The position numbers and the translations under genes are program-made. A stretch of 63,361 bases of DNA, counting the filler, from Perkinsus olseni (taxonomy: Eukaryota): assembly GCA_013115125.1 (NCBI GenBank). It is 34 parts of 34 records of this genome, joined end to end, with 100 filler letters (N's around TTAATTAATTAA, not from the genome) between each part and the next. Parts side by side here need not be neighbours in the genome. Positions count along the whole stretch, not along the records: positions 22,600 to 24,370 come from JABANN010001740.1; positions 24,471 to 26,240 come from JABANN010001741.1; positions 26,341 to 28,109 come from JABANN010001742.1; positions 28,210 to 29,978 come from JABANN010001743.1; positions 30,079 to 31,843 come from JABANN010001744.1; positions 31,944 to 33,706 come from JABANN010001745.1; positions 33,807 to 35,568 come from JABANN010001746.1; positions 35,669 to 37,430 come from JABANN010001747.1; 26 more parts are not named here. One strand, 5' to 3'. The notes under the pieces are model-generated. The model worked only from the letters and a program-made list of their open reading frames with translations. It was not told the DNA's origin and made no database searches. Numbering within the stretch: the first letter of the stretch is position 1; every line of letters begins with the position of its first letter. Below, in pieces: positions 24,251 through 36,159 of this stretch.

Positions 24251-26340
24251 GCCCTACTGCCACGAAAGAATGACTCTAAATTAGCCGTTAGTATGACAGC
24301 AAGCACCGGCAAATGAGCGGGACGGGAAAAGTGCGAAACTCCCGTTTTGGATCTTCTGAAGGTTTTCCCTNNNNNNNNNNNNNNNNNNNNNNNNNNNNNN
24401 NNNNNNNNNNNNNNTTAATTAATTAANNNNNNNNNNNNNNNNNNNNNNNNNNNNNNNNNNNNNNNNNNNNTTGATCCCTGTATATGAGTATAACCTCGAG
24501 GGTTGAACTTAACCGCCAGAGGCAGGCTAGAATGGCTTACTAGATATGACAAATTCGGGTTGACGGCGAGACGCTGCAGTTCACAATGGCTTCAGCGAAC
24601 CCTGCTAAACCACCTACGCCAAGATTTCAAGGGGCTGCAACGCGGAGCGTGTCAATCGCGAAATTCGGGAGGCGAATCGAGTCCTTTGCACCGGGTCTCC
24701 TCGGCACATTCGACCCGGACTTCTTCCTCGTTCGTCAGTCACTGCGTGCACGGGACAGTGCGGCATCATCGAAGCTAGCCAAACACATGTTCAGCGGAGT
24801 CGGAGCGTGGTCCGAAGGAAGAGCTCGGACGGTCGGACAAGAGGATACAGGTGCAGCCAAGGCTTATCTTTCCACCACGTATCTTTGACAATTAAGGTGG
24901 ACCCGGGGATGTCGGGGTGCGCTGCGAAGTTGCAAGCCAGGCAGCAGCAATGGCGAGAGAGCGCGCGAAATACCATGGGAGATCGGGAGGGCAGAGTGAG
25001 ATGGTTCACATTGAGAAATCGGTTCGAAGGTCGCGCTGCGGGAAAATCAGGCTGATTCCAACTTTTCGGCTAACCTCCGGTTCTGGAATTTTCCCGGGCG
25101 GTAGGTACTAGAATGGACGAAGAAGGATCACTCCAGAGCTTCCGAGCCAAGGTGAGTTCCCATTTCTGAATTGGGAGTGCTGATGACCTCCGGATGTTGA
25201 TCTCCCTACTGAAGGTCATGGAAAAGAGCCTCCAGTATCAGCGAGCTGCGGCCAAGGACAGGAAGAAAGTCGAGTGTTTACAATTAAAGAGGGCTGCCAG
25301 GAATGTCCATGACACAATTCCAACTGTGTGATTGTTTCGAGTCATGGGGTGGGTTGAATTCCCAACCCTTTCAACATGCTCTTGACTGTACTCGTCCGAG
25401 CCCGAGTCTGGATTCAACACAACGTGGACTTATCTTGGTATTCCAGAGCCAAGGGCGCGGTGCAAGGAGATGAAAACTCGCCTCCTCGCTCGACATCCAC
25501 CTCTCGCTGATGAACTCTCCCCGTCTGACCCAAACGGGGAATCATCGTTCGAGTCTCAGGCGAGGCCTCACTTCGAATGACTCATTGCAACTGGCACCAT
25601 AGGTTCAACGCTACTCTGAAGGGTTGGCTTAACACCATTCTGTGATCACTCTCAGAGCGTACTCCGAGCCCTTACATGACATAATGATTGGGCTGAGAAG
25701 CCCAGTCGTGACAGACTTGATCTTAACAAAACTCGACGATTCGAATTGCACGACAACTTACATCAACATCAACAACAACATGCACACTCGTCATTACCAT
25801 CTAAAGCCCTCCAGCCAAATGGATCACCACATTTACCTAGGCAAACCTTCTGTACCACTTGACAAGGTCGTCGCACTGTCTGAGACGATGAGTGTACTGA
25901 CCCTCGGTACCCGTCCAATAAGTGCTGGGGTTCGAAGGATTGTTAACCTCTTCGTGCACGAACCCCTCAAGCATGACATACTCGGTTGACCCCTCGCTGG
26001 TAATTTTACCGAGAAGCGAGCGGCCGACGGGGAAAACGATAACTTTATCTTCTTCGCCCATAACTTTCCCGTTAAGATGACAGAACCCTCTCGTATAAGG
26101 CGCGAAGAGATCCACGTAGAGGGACTGCTTGGTATCCTTGTGCACACCGTAGAAGAAGTCTCTCCCATATGGCTTATTGCGAATGGACGTATCGAGCTCG
26201 TACAGTTTCTTGATGCCATTCAGCCTCTTGGTCAAGTAAANNNNNNNNNNNNNNNNNNNNNNNNNNNNNNNNNNNNNNNNNNNNTTAATTAATTAANNNN
26301 NNNNNNNNNNNNNNNNNNNNNNNNNNNNNNNNNNNNNNNN

Positions 26341-28109
26341 GGCCTTCCGCAATCCAACGGGGATGTGCTCGGTGGAGTTCTCGGCCGAACCGTTGGACAC
26401 CCGCAGGATTGAAGGCTGGACAGAAGCCACCAGCGGCATGGGAGGACAATTCTCGCTCAGGCCGGCCACGTCAAGGTTGACGGGGCCCGGTTGGAGCACT
26501 TGTAGCGAGAGCTCGATAACGACAGATTCGCCTTCGGCAATGCTGACCGGCCCAACTGGTAGAATGACTTGAAGCATTGGCGCCCACGGGAGTAGCCTTG
26601 CGGGATCGACGACGAAATTCGAGCCAAATACATTAGTTATAGTGTAGCTCGCTATACCTGAGAGTGACTGCGGTGGACGAGAGCGTAACATGCGACAAAG
26701 CCCTGACCCTACATACCTGTGCTCCCAACCATTAAAACTCCGAAATCTGCCGTGGGAATGGAGGTTTGGCAGAGGCCCGGCGGCGGAGCTGCACGCAGGC
26801 GGATGTTCAATTCAGCGGCGCCCTCGCCAATAACTCCTATTAGGTCATATCTGAAGAGGGGAGAGATGAGAGGACGAAGCTCAAGTCAAGCGCACTCACT
26901 CTCGGTGACCAATTGCTGGGGGCGTGAATACACAGAGCTGCATCTCGGCGGTGGACGCAGGTGGGAGTCGAACATACTCGGCACAGTCGTCATCCTTCCA
27001 AACAGTCAACGCCCTGAGTCGAATTGACTAAAGCAAACCTCAGCTGAAGTCTACCCTCACCCGTTAAGCCAGTTGGCGTCCCCAACAACTGCTTGCAATG
27101 CGGCGTAGGCATCCACACGCCCATAGGCAGTCCATCCCGTGGCATTGGCAGTAGTGATGATAGCCGCCACTACTTCGTCATACCACAGAGGGAATGGCGC
27201 ACGCGCTGAAGGACATATCGATTGAATAAGGAAAGGAGGACAATCGACATACCCCCAATCAGCATCGCAGCGACTCCAGCGACTTGAGCAGCGGATATAC
27301 TCGTGCCGTTGAAAGTGGCATAACCATTTGGTGCAGCAGTTGATAAAACATCAACGCCCGGGGCCGTGAGGTCAACAACAGCTGAAAAGTGAAAACTTTG
27401 AGGAAGAACGTCTTGCGGTGGCCTACCGGCTCCGTAGTTAGAGGAAGTCCATCGAACCTCATCAGCAGTGTGTGCAGCAACGCAAAGAACGTTGGTGGCG
27501 TTGAACCCACAGGGATAACTCCCACCCGTAACGTCCAAGTCCTGACCGTCGTTGCCAGCAGCAGCAACGATAAGATGACCGAAAGTCTCAGCTCTCTCGA
27601 CGGCGATGTGGAACAGAGTAGAATAGAACCGCGCGATCCACGATACGCTGCTTATCTTGACATGCTTCTCAATAGCGTAGTCGAAGGCTCGTAGGGCATC
27701 ACTGAGGCGACCAGCGGAATCGTAGTCGAATATCTTGAGAGGTAAAACTCGAGCAGACGGATACCCGACGCCGAAGATACCCTCGCCGTTGAAGCCTTCG
27801 GCGGCGATTAGACCTGTCAACCATATCAGTGTTCATCACCCACTGGACTGATGTCTTTTTATGTACCTGCACATCCAGTGCCGTGCCCATTGTTATCCAT
27901 CACGTTGGCGTTATCGTCGATGAAGTTCCACCCGCGAACCTGTACAAGGTAACTCGAAGAGGAAGTTAACGACAATGATAGGACTCACGTCATCGACGAA
28001 ACCGTTGAAGTCGTCATCGACCATATACTGTGCATACATGTTTGTCTCGCCTTCATTCTCGAAAATGACGTCACCGAGATCAGGATGGCCATAATCGACA
28101 CCTGAAAAC
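26341..28109 (-). CDS. Subtilisin-like (S8) serine protease, multi-exon, partial, with probable C-terminal extension
   Basis: GVDYGHPDL, DDDFNGFVDD, GWNFIDD..DNNGHGT (His), VAAAGNDG (oxyanion Asn), DLTAPGVDVLST and GTSISAAQVAGVAAM (Ser). Assignment of 26341-27170 to this gene is less certain. Confidence 0.92.
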
Positions 28110-28209
28110 NNNNNNNNNNNNNNNNNNNNNNNNNNNNNNNNNNNNNNNNNNNNTTAATTAATTAANNNNNNNNNNNNNNNNNNNNNNNNNNNNNNNNNNN
28201 NNNNNNNNN

Positions 28210-28282
28210 CGCCGAAATTTCATGAAATTTTCGAAATTGAAATGTCTGAAACGTGAAATTTCACAGGGCCTACATAACCCTG
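28210..28282 (-). mobile_element. Possible hAT-like transposon end interrupting the integrase
   Basis: Integrase similarity stops after LTDRGS. The minus strand then reads CAGGGTTATGTAGGCCCTG followed by repeated GAAATTTC-type motifs. Confidence 0.45.
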
Positions 28283-29978
28283 ATTGACGGATCTTGATGT
28301 GCAGATAGATCCTCGATCAGTTAGTACTTGTAGTCCAGCAGGATGTCGATGATAGTGACGTTGGATAGTTGATAGTGCATCTATAGCATCTTGAGTCGTT
28401 GGAGTAGATGTAGTCGGATAGATGATGACGCTTGATGAGTAGCTATCCATTATAGTAATGGCGTAGTGCTGAGTGTTGTCGAAGGTGTAGGGACCAATGA
28501 CGTCCATGTAGATGATAGACCATGCGTCAGAGTTGATGAGGCCTTGGGGTATGGTAGAAGGTGGTGACTTCAGAGCTCGATCTAAGGGGTAGTTGGTGGT
28601 GGCTTGACAAGTTTGACAGTGTTTAGTTAAGTCTTCAAGTTCTGAGTGTAGTTCAGGCCAGGAGATATTGAAGGCATTGACGCGCTTGTTAACAGTGGTG
28701 ATACCTTCGTGACCATAGTCGTGATGGACTTGTTCAAGGAGTTGTCGTCTATCGGGCTTGCTTACTGTAGCACCGGATTGTAGAATCTCGAGTAGTGAAG
28801 GGTCGAGTGTTGGGCATGTGGTAGTCGGTAATGTTGTGGTAGGGTCATCAATAGCTTTGAGCTTGGGGTGCTTGGGGTTGTTTGGAGAGTTTAGTTGTTC
28901 TGCAGGTCTTTTGATAGCCATGAAAGCGATTGGTTGTGGTTGATCATCAGAAGGCTGGTAGTTGTCGTCATTGTAGTTGTTACTTTTAGTGAGTTGGGCA
29001 AGTAGTGGATGTCGAGTTAGGGAATCTGCTTTGTTGCTTGGGCCAGCGCAGTGGATGATGGTGAAGCGGTGTAGTTGGTCATCTGTGATATCTTGTAGAT
29101 AGCGTAGGACTTTCAGTAGATGAACTGTCTGCTTGCCATGTACAGAGGATACTCGTTGGTTGAGGATGATGGACTGAGCAGCACTGTTGTCGGTGTAGAT
29201 GGTGACGTAGCGGAAGTGAACTCGGCGATCTATTTCGATACTCCGGATGGTCTCGATGGCAAAGGCGATACCATTCAGTTCCTTCGTATTGGTGTGGTAT
29301 AGATCTTTTGCTCGAGGTGAGAGTACTTGTTGGCGGAGTAGAATGGGTTGGTCGTTCTGGTAGGCGATTAGTCCTAAGCAGTAGGCGGAGGCATCAACGT
29401 AGATCTTGATGGGCTGGTTGACATTAATATAGCGCTTGAGTAGTGGTAGAGTGGACTTGTGGCAGAGCTCGAGAAAAGATTGGATGAGGTTGACTAGTGA
29501 TGGTTCTGCTGTGGAGTCCCAGTTGGTAGTATTAGCAGCATGGGCAAGTTCGGATTGTAGTAGATTTTTGCATGGTTCAACAAAAGGGGGTAGAAGGTCA
29601 GGTTGGTAAGTGACCTTTGCGACAATAGAGAGTAGTTGTCGGAGAGTAGCTTGTGGAGGTAGGGCAGAGTCGAGTAGTTTTTGCCATCTTGCATGTGAGT
29701 AGGAGATGTGGTCAGCACCATCGGTAAGGGTAACGCCGTAGAAGGTGGTCTCGTCTTCAGAAAGGATATCTTCGGTAGTTAGTGGTAGGCCATTAGGTGA
29801 AGTGCATTCGTTGAGGTCGAAGAAGTCGTCAGTAGATTTGGCTAGTTGGGCTAAGTCGTCAACGTAGTGGATATGTTTGGTGTTGGGGTTTTTGATTGGA
29901 AGGTTCTTGGTGGGTAACGCGCCGGTTTCGCCAGAAACAAAAACATACGCAGTACTACCAAACATTGCGCGTTGGGGT
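28283..29978 (-). CDS. LTR retrotransposon pol fragment: RT C-terminus, RNase H, integrase (gypsy-type domain order)
   Basis: HYVDDL; IYVDASA..KEL..YTDNSA..NKADSLTR; HHDYGH..CQTC; YMDVIGP; LTDRG. One open frame. Confidence 0.92.
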
Positions 29979-30078
29979 NNNNNNNNNNNNNNNNNNNNNN
30001 NNNNNNNNNNNNNNNNNNNNNNTTAATTAATTAANNNNNNNNNNNNNNNNNNNNNNNNNNNNNNNNNNNNNNNNNNNN

Positions 30079-30300
30079 TACCTCATGTAGACACCCTCCT
30101 CATGTACCTTACCTCATGTAGACACCCTCCTCATGTACCTTACCTCATGTACCCTCACGTTGTGAGTTTTCCCGTACTTTGTTGGTGACTTTGTTGGGCT
30201 CTACTAAATTGGCCTTTCGCGAAACTAAATTGCCTTGGGGTATTACTGATTTGGTCTGGGCTTTATTAAATTGCTCTGGGGTTTTACTAAGTAGGTCTGG
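30079..30300. repeat. 31-bp tandem repeat (about 2.5 copies) followed by degenerate ~20-bp repeats
   Basis: TACCTCATGTAGACACCCTCCTCATGTACCT x2, then recurring TGGG..TACTAAATTG-like units. Confidence 0.7.
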
Positions 30301-30660
30301 AAATGGTGTAGTATGATTATTTTGCCAACTGCTGCTGTTATGAAGTAACCTCTAGTTGTGTATGGTATTGAGGAGTATATATAATAATATCGATAGCATC
30401 ATCATCATCATGATGATGATAGTGATCATAGACAAAATGATTAGTACTACCTCCTTTGAATCGGTCCATCAATCTCCTTGTACCAGTACCCCGTCCTGAG
30501 TATATTATCAGACGAGGAAGAGAACGAGGTGGAGTAGGTATCATCGTAGTAGTAGTAACCGCCTTTCCCTGCTCGGTAGTAGTAGTAGTGAGAGGCGATG
30601 ATGATGGTGATGCTTGTTGTGGTATGAGAGCCACGGCAGCAGTAGCTACAATTAATGCAT

Positions 30661-30988
30661 AACGGATGATGGAGGGGGCCATAATAATGACGTATCTAGT
30701 ACTACTAATACCCAAGAGGAGCACTGCTAACGGGGATGATGNNNNNNNNNNNNNNNNNNNNNNNNNNNNNNNNNNNNNNNNNNNNNNNNNNNNNNNNNNN
30801 NNNNNNNNNNNNNNNNNNNNNNNNNNNNNNNNNNNNNNNNCGAGGGGGCCATAATAATGACGTATCTAGTACTACTAATACCCAAGAGGAGGAGCACTGC
30901 TAACGGGGATGATGGAGGGGGCCATAATAATGACGTATCTAGTACTACTAATACCCAAGAGGAGGAGCACTGCTAACGGGGATGATGA
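30661..30988. repeat. ~73-bp tandem repeat spanning an internal scaffold gap
   Basis: GAGGGGGCCATAATAATGACGTATCTAGTACTACTAATACCCAAGAGG... occurs three times around the N-run 30742-30840. Confidence 0.85.
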
Positions 30989-31773
30989 TAGGCTCATGAC
31001 CAGAAGGGTGATGACAACGCTACTACGCACATCTTCTACTCGAATGATAGAGTATATTATATTATTATTAATCATGGTAATGATCCGTAGTAGTGAGGAG
31101 TAATAGAAGAAGAAAATTACATGATGATGACTGCGGCCGTGATTGGCCGTGATGACTGATAACAGTGTAACAGTAATGCTAATCCTCATCATCCTCATCA
31201 TCATTGTTGTTGTTGTTATCACCATCTTTATTTAGCGATTGTTGTCCATTCTCATCATCATCCCGTATGACTGTAATTATTCCATCACTAACAGCAGCAT
31301 TATCATCCCTCATGTCATGAACTCCCTCCTTCCTTCCATCATGTACTTCTACTGCTTCATCTCTCCTTGGTCTTGGTCTTCTTCTATTCTTCCGTAAGTG
31401 AGTATGTGGCAACAGCAACGCAGTAGGGCGTTTCAATTGTTTCAATTGTGTTGTAACCCTCGTTATCATACTACCACCACCACCACCAGCAGGAGCAGGT
31501 CGTGGTATAAAGGATACTTGTGATATATCCGATACAACATCCTGTACCTATCTAACAATACTACTACCATACCATCAACAACAGCAAGAAGAAGTAGAAG
31601 AGTAGCAGTATTACCGAATGCCTTAAAGCAGTCCTCAGTAACAAAGGCCCATTTGTAGTAATAGCCTCTTCATTAATAATACAATCATCATCATCATCAT
31701 GATGATGATGATGACCAACGCATACAGATGACGACGGTGATGGTGATGATATTGATGTTGACAACATTCTCTC

Positions 31774-31843
<70 letters not shown>
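31774..31843. repeat. (TTG)n microsatellite at contig end
   Basis: Perfect trinucleotide run. Confidence 0.97.
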
Positions 31844-31943
31844 NNNNNNNNNNNNNNNNNNNNNNNNNNNNNNNNNNNNNNNNNNNNTTAATTAATTAAN
31901 NNNNNNNNNNNNNNNNNNNNNNNNNNNNNNNNNNNNNNNNNNN

Positions 31944-32893
31944 ACACCGACGTGCACGCTTTACTCAACCGTACTGCCTTCGAGCTACCGATCCGATCTA
32001 TCACTGCTGCTACTCTATCCAAGTATGCATCAGCTCTGAGACACTTTCATGCATTCTGTGTCTTATGGTCGGAGATTTCTGGATCTCCCTTCCTCTTCTT
32101 ACCTCCGCATGAGCTGATTGTTCACCGGTGGCTCGCAACTTTCTCCAATGGCTTCACAGCCTCCAACTATCTTGGGGCATTGAAGAAATGGTGTGTTATT
32201 TTTGGATTGTCCACATCGGGCTTGTCCTCGGCTTCCATACAAGCCTCCCTTGTGGCTCTTCGAAAACACACTCGCAGGCGAGCTCGGACAGCCATAACAA
32301 CAGATCAACTTCATGGCATCGTTCGCTGGTCTCTACAAAATGAGCATCCTTTGTTCGCTTGTGCGTCCATTTGTGCTTTCCTATTCATGTTCCGTGTGAG
32401 AGACGAGATGTTGCCTCTGCAGGCTTGCAATATCTCGTTCGGTGCGAGCAATACGGTTACCGTTCATCTTCCATCCCGCAAGAATCACCCTTTCGGGGAT
32501 CGCATTGTTCGACATTGCACTTGTTCATCTAATCCCAAGTTCTGTCCTCATCTTCTAATGCGCTGGTTAGTCGCAAGAGCTTCCGATCATAGTCACCTGT
32601 TCTACGGCCTGTCATACCGCACCTTCAATCGTCTGACTCGAGCTGCACTCGAAGCCCTCAACGTTCCAGATGCATCTTCGTACGCTTCACATGCATACCG
32701 CCGCGGGCATGCTAGGTCCATCATACAAAACGGATCTTCTGTGTCGACGCTCATGTCTCTCGGGGGTTGGCGTTTATCTTCGTCTCTCAAGTACTACCTT
32801 GATATGCCTGAGGTAGAAGCGATCTCTACGCTTCAATCTGTTTTCAGCGAAAGCATGCAAGATGATAGCGACTCTGATGATCGTGATACATAG
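31944..32893 (+). CDS. Tyrosine recombinase of DIRS/Ngaro-like (or Crypton-like) type, 5'-partial
   Basis: TLSKYASALRHF N-terminal helix; catalytic set FMFR(R), PSRKN(K), SHAYRRG(HxxR), LGGW(W), LKYY(Y); Cys motif CTCSSNPKFCPH. Intronless and uninterrupted. Confidence 0.92.
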
Positions 32894-33268
32894 TACATGT
32901 CATATACTACATGTTATTTTGATGGCTTGCACCTCTGTCTACACTCCGGCTGCGTTATCGTTTAGTGTCGTTGGGGAGAAACGAGACCGGCCTCCATGGC
33001 GAGAGCTTAGCTTCACATTGGGATAAAAGAAGAAGCTCGGCTCTCTCCTGTGAAAGTTCACCATCCCACTGACCTTCCTTGAACTTGAGCAGGGCGCAGT
33101 TGAGCTTTTGGCCTGAACAACGTGACATGATCGATTGTGCTGCAGCGGACATCAGACCGTACTCGTGAGATTCGTCGTTCTTTGCCTCACATCGGTTACG
33201 ACTTCCGAGTTGCATATAACTCCTTCAGTTGGGTTCTCACACGGTTCTCGACTATTCCATCGATCCTC

Positions 33269-33706
33269 ATGTTCGCCGCCATTCAACTTCTGATGGTGTT
33301 TACCCGCGTTGTGGCAGAGAAGTGCAATGATAGGTACGAGAACCAGATGCCTTTCATTCTCCAGAAGCCGTCTAACTGCTTCACCAAGGCTTATTCCAAT
33401 CCAGTTGGTTTACTCTCGAATCCCGGACCTCCTTACAGCTGCCTATTCATAAGGAAGAACAGCACGGTGGTTAACGCCGGGTTGCTCTTCCTCCCTAACA
33501 CCCCAAGCCCCCCGCAAATCCCCTGTAACCAGGAGCTGTTCGTTGTCTACTCGCCCAGTTCTGTGATCCCCTTGGATGTTGGGATATGGGGAGAAGGCCG
33601 AACTTTGTATGACGTGGATCTGCCTCTGGGTATTGTTAGTTTGCACCGTCCGGGACTGTGGAACACGACGCGAGGGGGAGGATGGAGATTAGAACAAACA
33701 AACTTG
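33269..33706 (+). CDS. Orphan putative secreted protein, 3'-partial
   Basis: MFAAIQLLMVFTRVVAEK signal-peptide-like start, several Cys, open to the contig end. Confidence 0.5.
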
Positions 33707-34194
33707 NNNNNNNNNNNNNNNNNNNNNNNNNNNNNNNNNNNNNNNNNNNNTTAATTAATTAANNNNNNNNNNNNNNNNNNNNNNNNNNNNNNNNNNNNNN
33801 NNNNNNCGCGACATCAATATTGATGATCTTCAAGTGGGCGCCGTTGCCAGGGTTCTCAATCTGATTAAAAAATCACATTTCGACGAACAGGACGGCGTTG
33901 CGACCTTACTCGCGGCTTCCTATAGTAAACAAGATACCTTTCCCAGATGGAATCGTGTTCGGATACGTTGCTACCTGAGCCTGAGAACAAGGTGAGGATA
34001 TGGAAGAACTTCGCTCCGCTAGCACGCATGCACACTTACCAAGTGAATCAGAAGAGCTCAGTTGCTTCTCGGTAGGTAGAGGATATTTCCAATCACACGG
34101 GAGGGGCGTCCATTCGAGTGTCTCTAATGCGCGTATCATTCGCCGCAACTTCGCGAGTTGCTCACACGTCAGGTTCTTCATACACCTGCACTCG

Positions 34195-34245
34195 GATCTG
34201 AAGGTCCCCGGTTCGAATCCCGACAGGTTCACTTTTTATTTTTCT
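34195..34245 (+). pseudogene. tRNA-Phe-like 3' half (tRNA relic or SINE fragment)
   Basis: GATCTGAAGGTCCCCGGTTCGAATCCCG (variable loop plus B-box) followed by T-runs. The T-stem has mismatches and I found no matching 5' half. Confidence 0.45.
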
Positions 34246-35022
34246 TCATCTTGGACGGCTCTTCCTGTCCCGTTGCTTCCCCCGATTCGCTAGACTCATC
34301 AAGTGAGCCCTCGCCGACGTCCGACCAGATCACACCCGATGATGACGAGGACATCGAGAAGTTGCCAGACCGAAAGCGACCGCCTTTGCTTCTGTTGTCA
34401 CACGTGCTCTTGCTGCTACTGCGGCTTCCCGTGCTACTCAACGACGGTCCTGATCGAGAGTTGTTCGACCACCGCGGGCTGTGAGCAGACATCAACTTTC
34501 GACAACCAAGGGAGACAATTTTCGAACACAGCGCGGACACATCGTGACTATACAACGACGTTGAAAAACTCACCTCGTTTGACAGCTGTATCAGAAGCGT
34601 CTCCCCGCATGCGGATGCCAGATGCTCTGTACGCTCGGAACTTGTCCAGAACCTGCGATGAACTCGCTGAATGCAGTTCTTGCTGCTATCCTTACCTCCT
34701 GCCTAACCTCTACTGGTTGCTTAGGATGGGCACGACACCGCATGGACACCTGACCAAGTAGTCTCTTACACTCAAAGCCGGAGCGGCACAGTATCCCAGC
34801 AGATAAACTCATCCAATCCGGATCGATCCCGAGTCGAGCGCGTGAGAGAGAGCTGTCCTATCCACCTCGCCAGTCACACGCAATAAACACGCTTTCTTGG
34901 TAACTCACCTCCTCAGGAAAACCGTCTGAGATCGCCGACGTCCATGGGCCGACCATCAAGTCGTTCGCCACATTAGCATAGACTATCCTTCGCTTGCACA
35001 ACGCCAGCCCTCTGAGGGCGTC
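34229..35022 (-). CDS. DUF676-like serine esterase/lipase, 3' exons
   Basis: Exon 35022-34909 (AG/GT bounded) encodes DALRGLALCKRRIVYANVANDLMVGPWTSAI, resembling the family's F.RR.lYAN..nD..V...TssI motif. Downstream exons are approximate. Confidence 0.65.
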
Positions 35023-35498
35023 CTAGAAAGAGAAGACGTGAACACGTAGAGGGGAACCATGGGCATCACTAACGAGGAAAGTAGCGCGGGTCAAAAATTC
35101 CACGATATGAATTAGGGTTTTTTCGACGAATCCAAGTCCAGTAATTCAGCTTCTCGCGATGGATACGATTCTGAACTCGTATCTTTCATAAATCGCACGG
35201 GTCGAGCTTGGATATCGATACGTCGCGACGCTGTTTTCCTTCCTTTGAGAGGTGCAAACTTCTCGAAAAAACTACCGAAAATAGAAAATTAAAACACGGG
35301 AAGGTAATATGCAACTATCTCAAACCGCAGCCTAATACAAACGAGGGAGTTCCGGGGAGACCCTCGAAAGTTGAGTGAATTGCTCACCTCATCAATGAGC
35401 CACTCCCCCAGGGTGTCCGACCGCAGAAGAAGATCCCAGCCGGTCTTGCCGCTAACAACGAAGGCCCCAAACTGTACCATTCTAAGAGGGGAGGGATG

Positions 35499-35568
<70 letters not shown>
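35499..35568. repeat. (AAC)n microsatellite directly after a polypurine tract and TG
   Basis: AAGAGGGGAGGGA TG AACAACAAC... Confidence 0.95.
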
Positions 35569-36159
35569 NNNNNNNNNNNNNNNNNNNNNNNNNNNNNNNN
35601 NNNNNNNNNNNNTTAATTAATTAANNNNNNNNNNNNNNNNNNNNNNNNNNNNNNNNNNNNNNNNNNNNACTATCGAGACTGGTAAAGCTCATACTCTCAA
35701 CCATAGAAGAGTCTGAACTAGAAGATGAATGGTGGTCAGATCTAGTATCATCATTGAGATCACACTGATAACAAGGAACATCAGTAGTATTGCAGCTCTT
35801 ATTAGTAGTCTTTTTCCTTGCTACCGTATCATCGCAACCCAGACGGGCCTCCGCCCCTCGTGCGCGTGCTCTTTTCTTGTGTACAACGTGCTGGCCGTTT
35901 GAGAGCGCGCGCCCATCAACAGCGCGTATGATAACACAAGCTTCCGTTGTGTTCCTCATACACGCCTTGATGGTTGAACCTCCGTCACGCTTCTAAGATG
36001 CGTTGGGGAGTGAGAAGCGATGAGAGTTCCAACCTTCGTCACTGACGAATCGTCAGCGTGCGTCCTTCCCTTTCATCTATATCTGCCTTGGGGGGAATAG
36101 ACGAACTTGAGACGGATGAACAACCTTAGCTTCGCTGTTCGCGTCGAGGGAAATGATCT

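Noticed and set aside
24471..26240. Possible LINE ORF1/endonuclease or nuclease remnants
   Set aside because: DLIL/DH-like motifs appear weakly on both strands with no ordered motif set.
28283..32893. Pol, low-complexity contig and tyrosine recombinase as one operon-like system
   Set aside because: They lie on separate, size-sorted contigs; adjacency is arbitrary.
35384..35566. Poly-Leu 'signal peptide' ORF
   Set aside because: Translation of the (AAC)n microsatellite.
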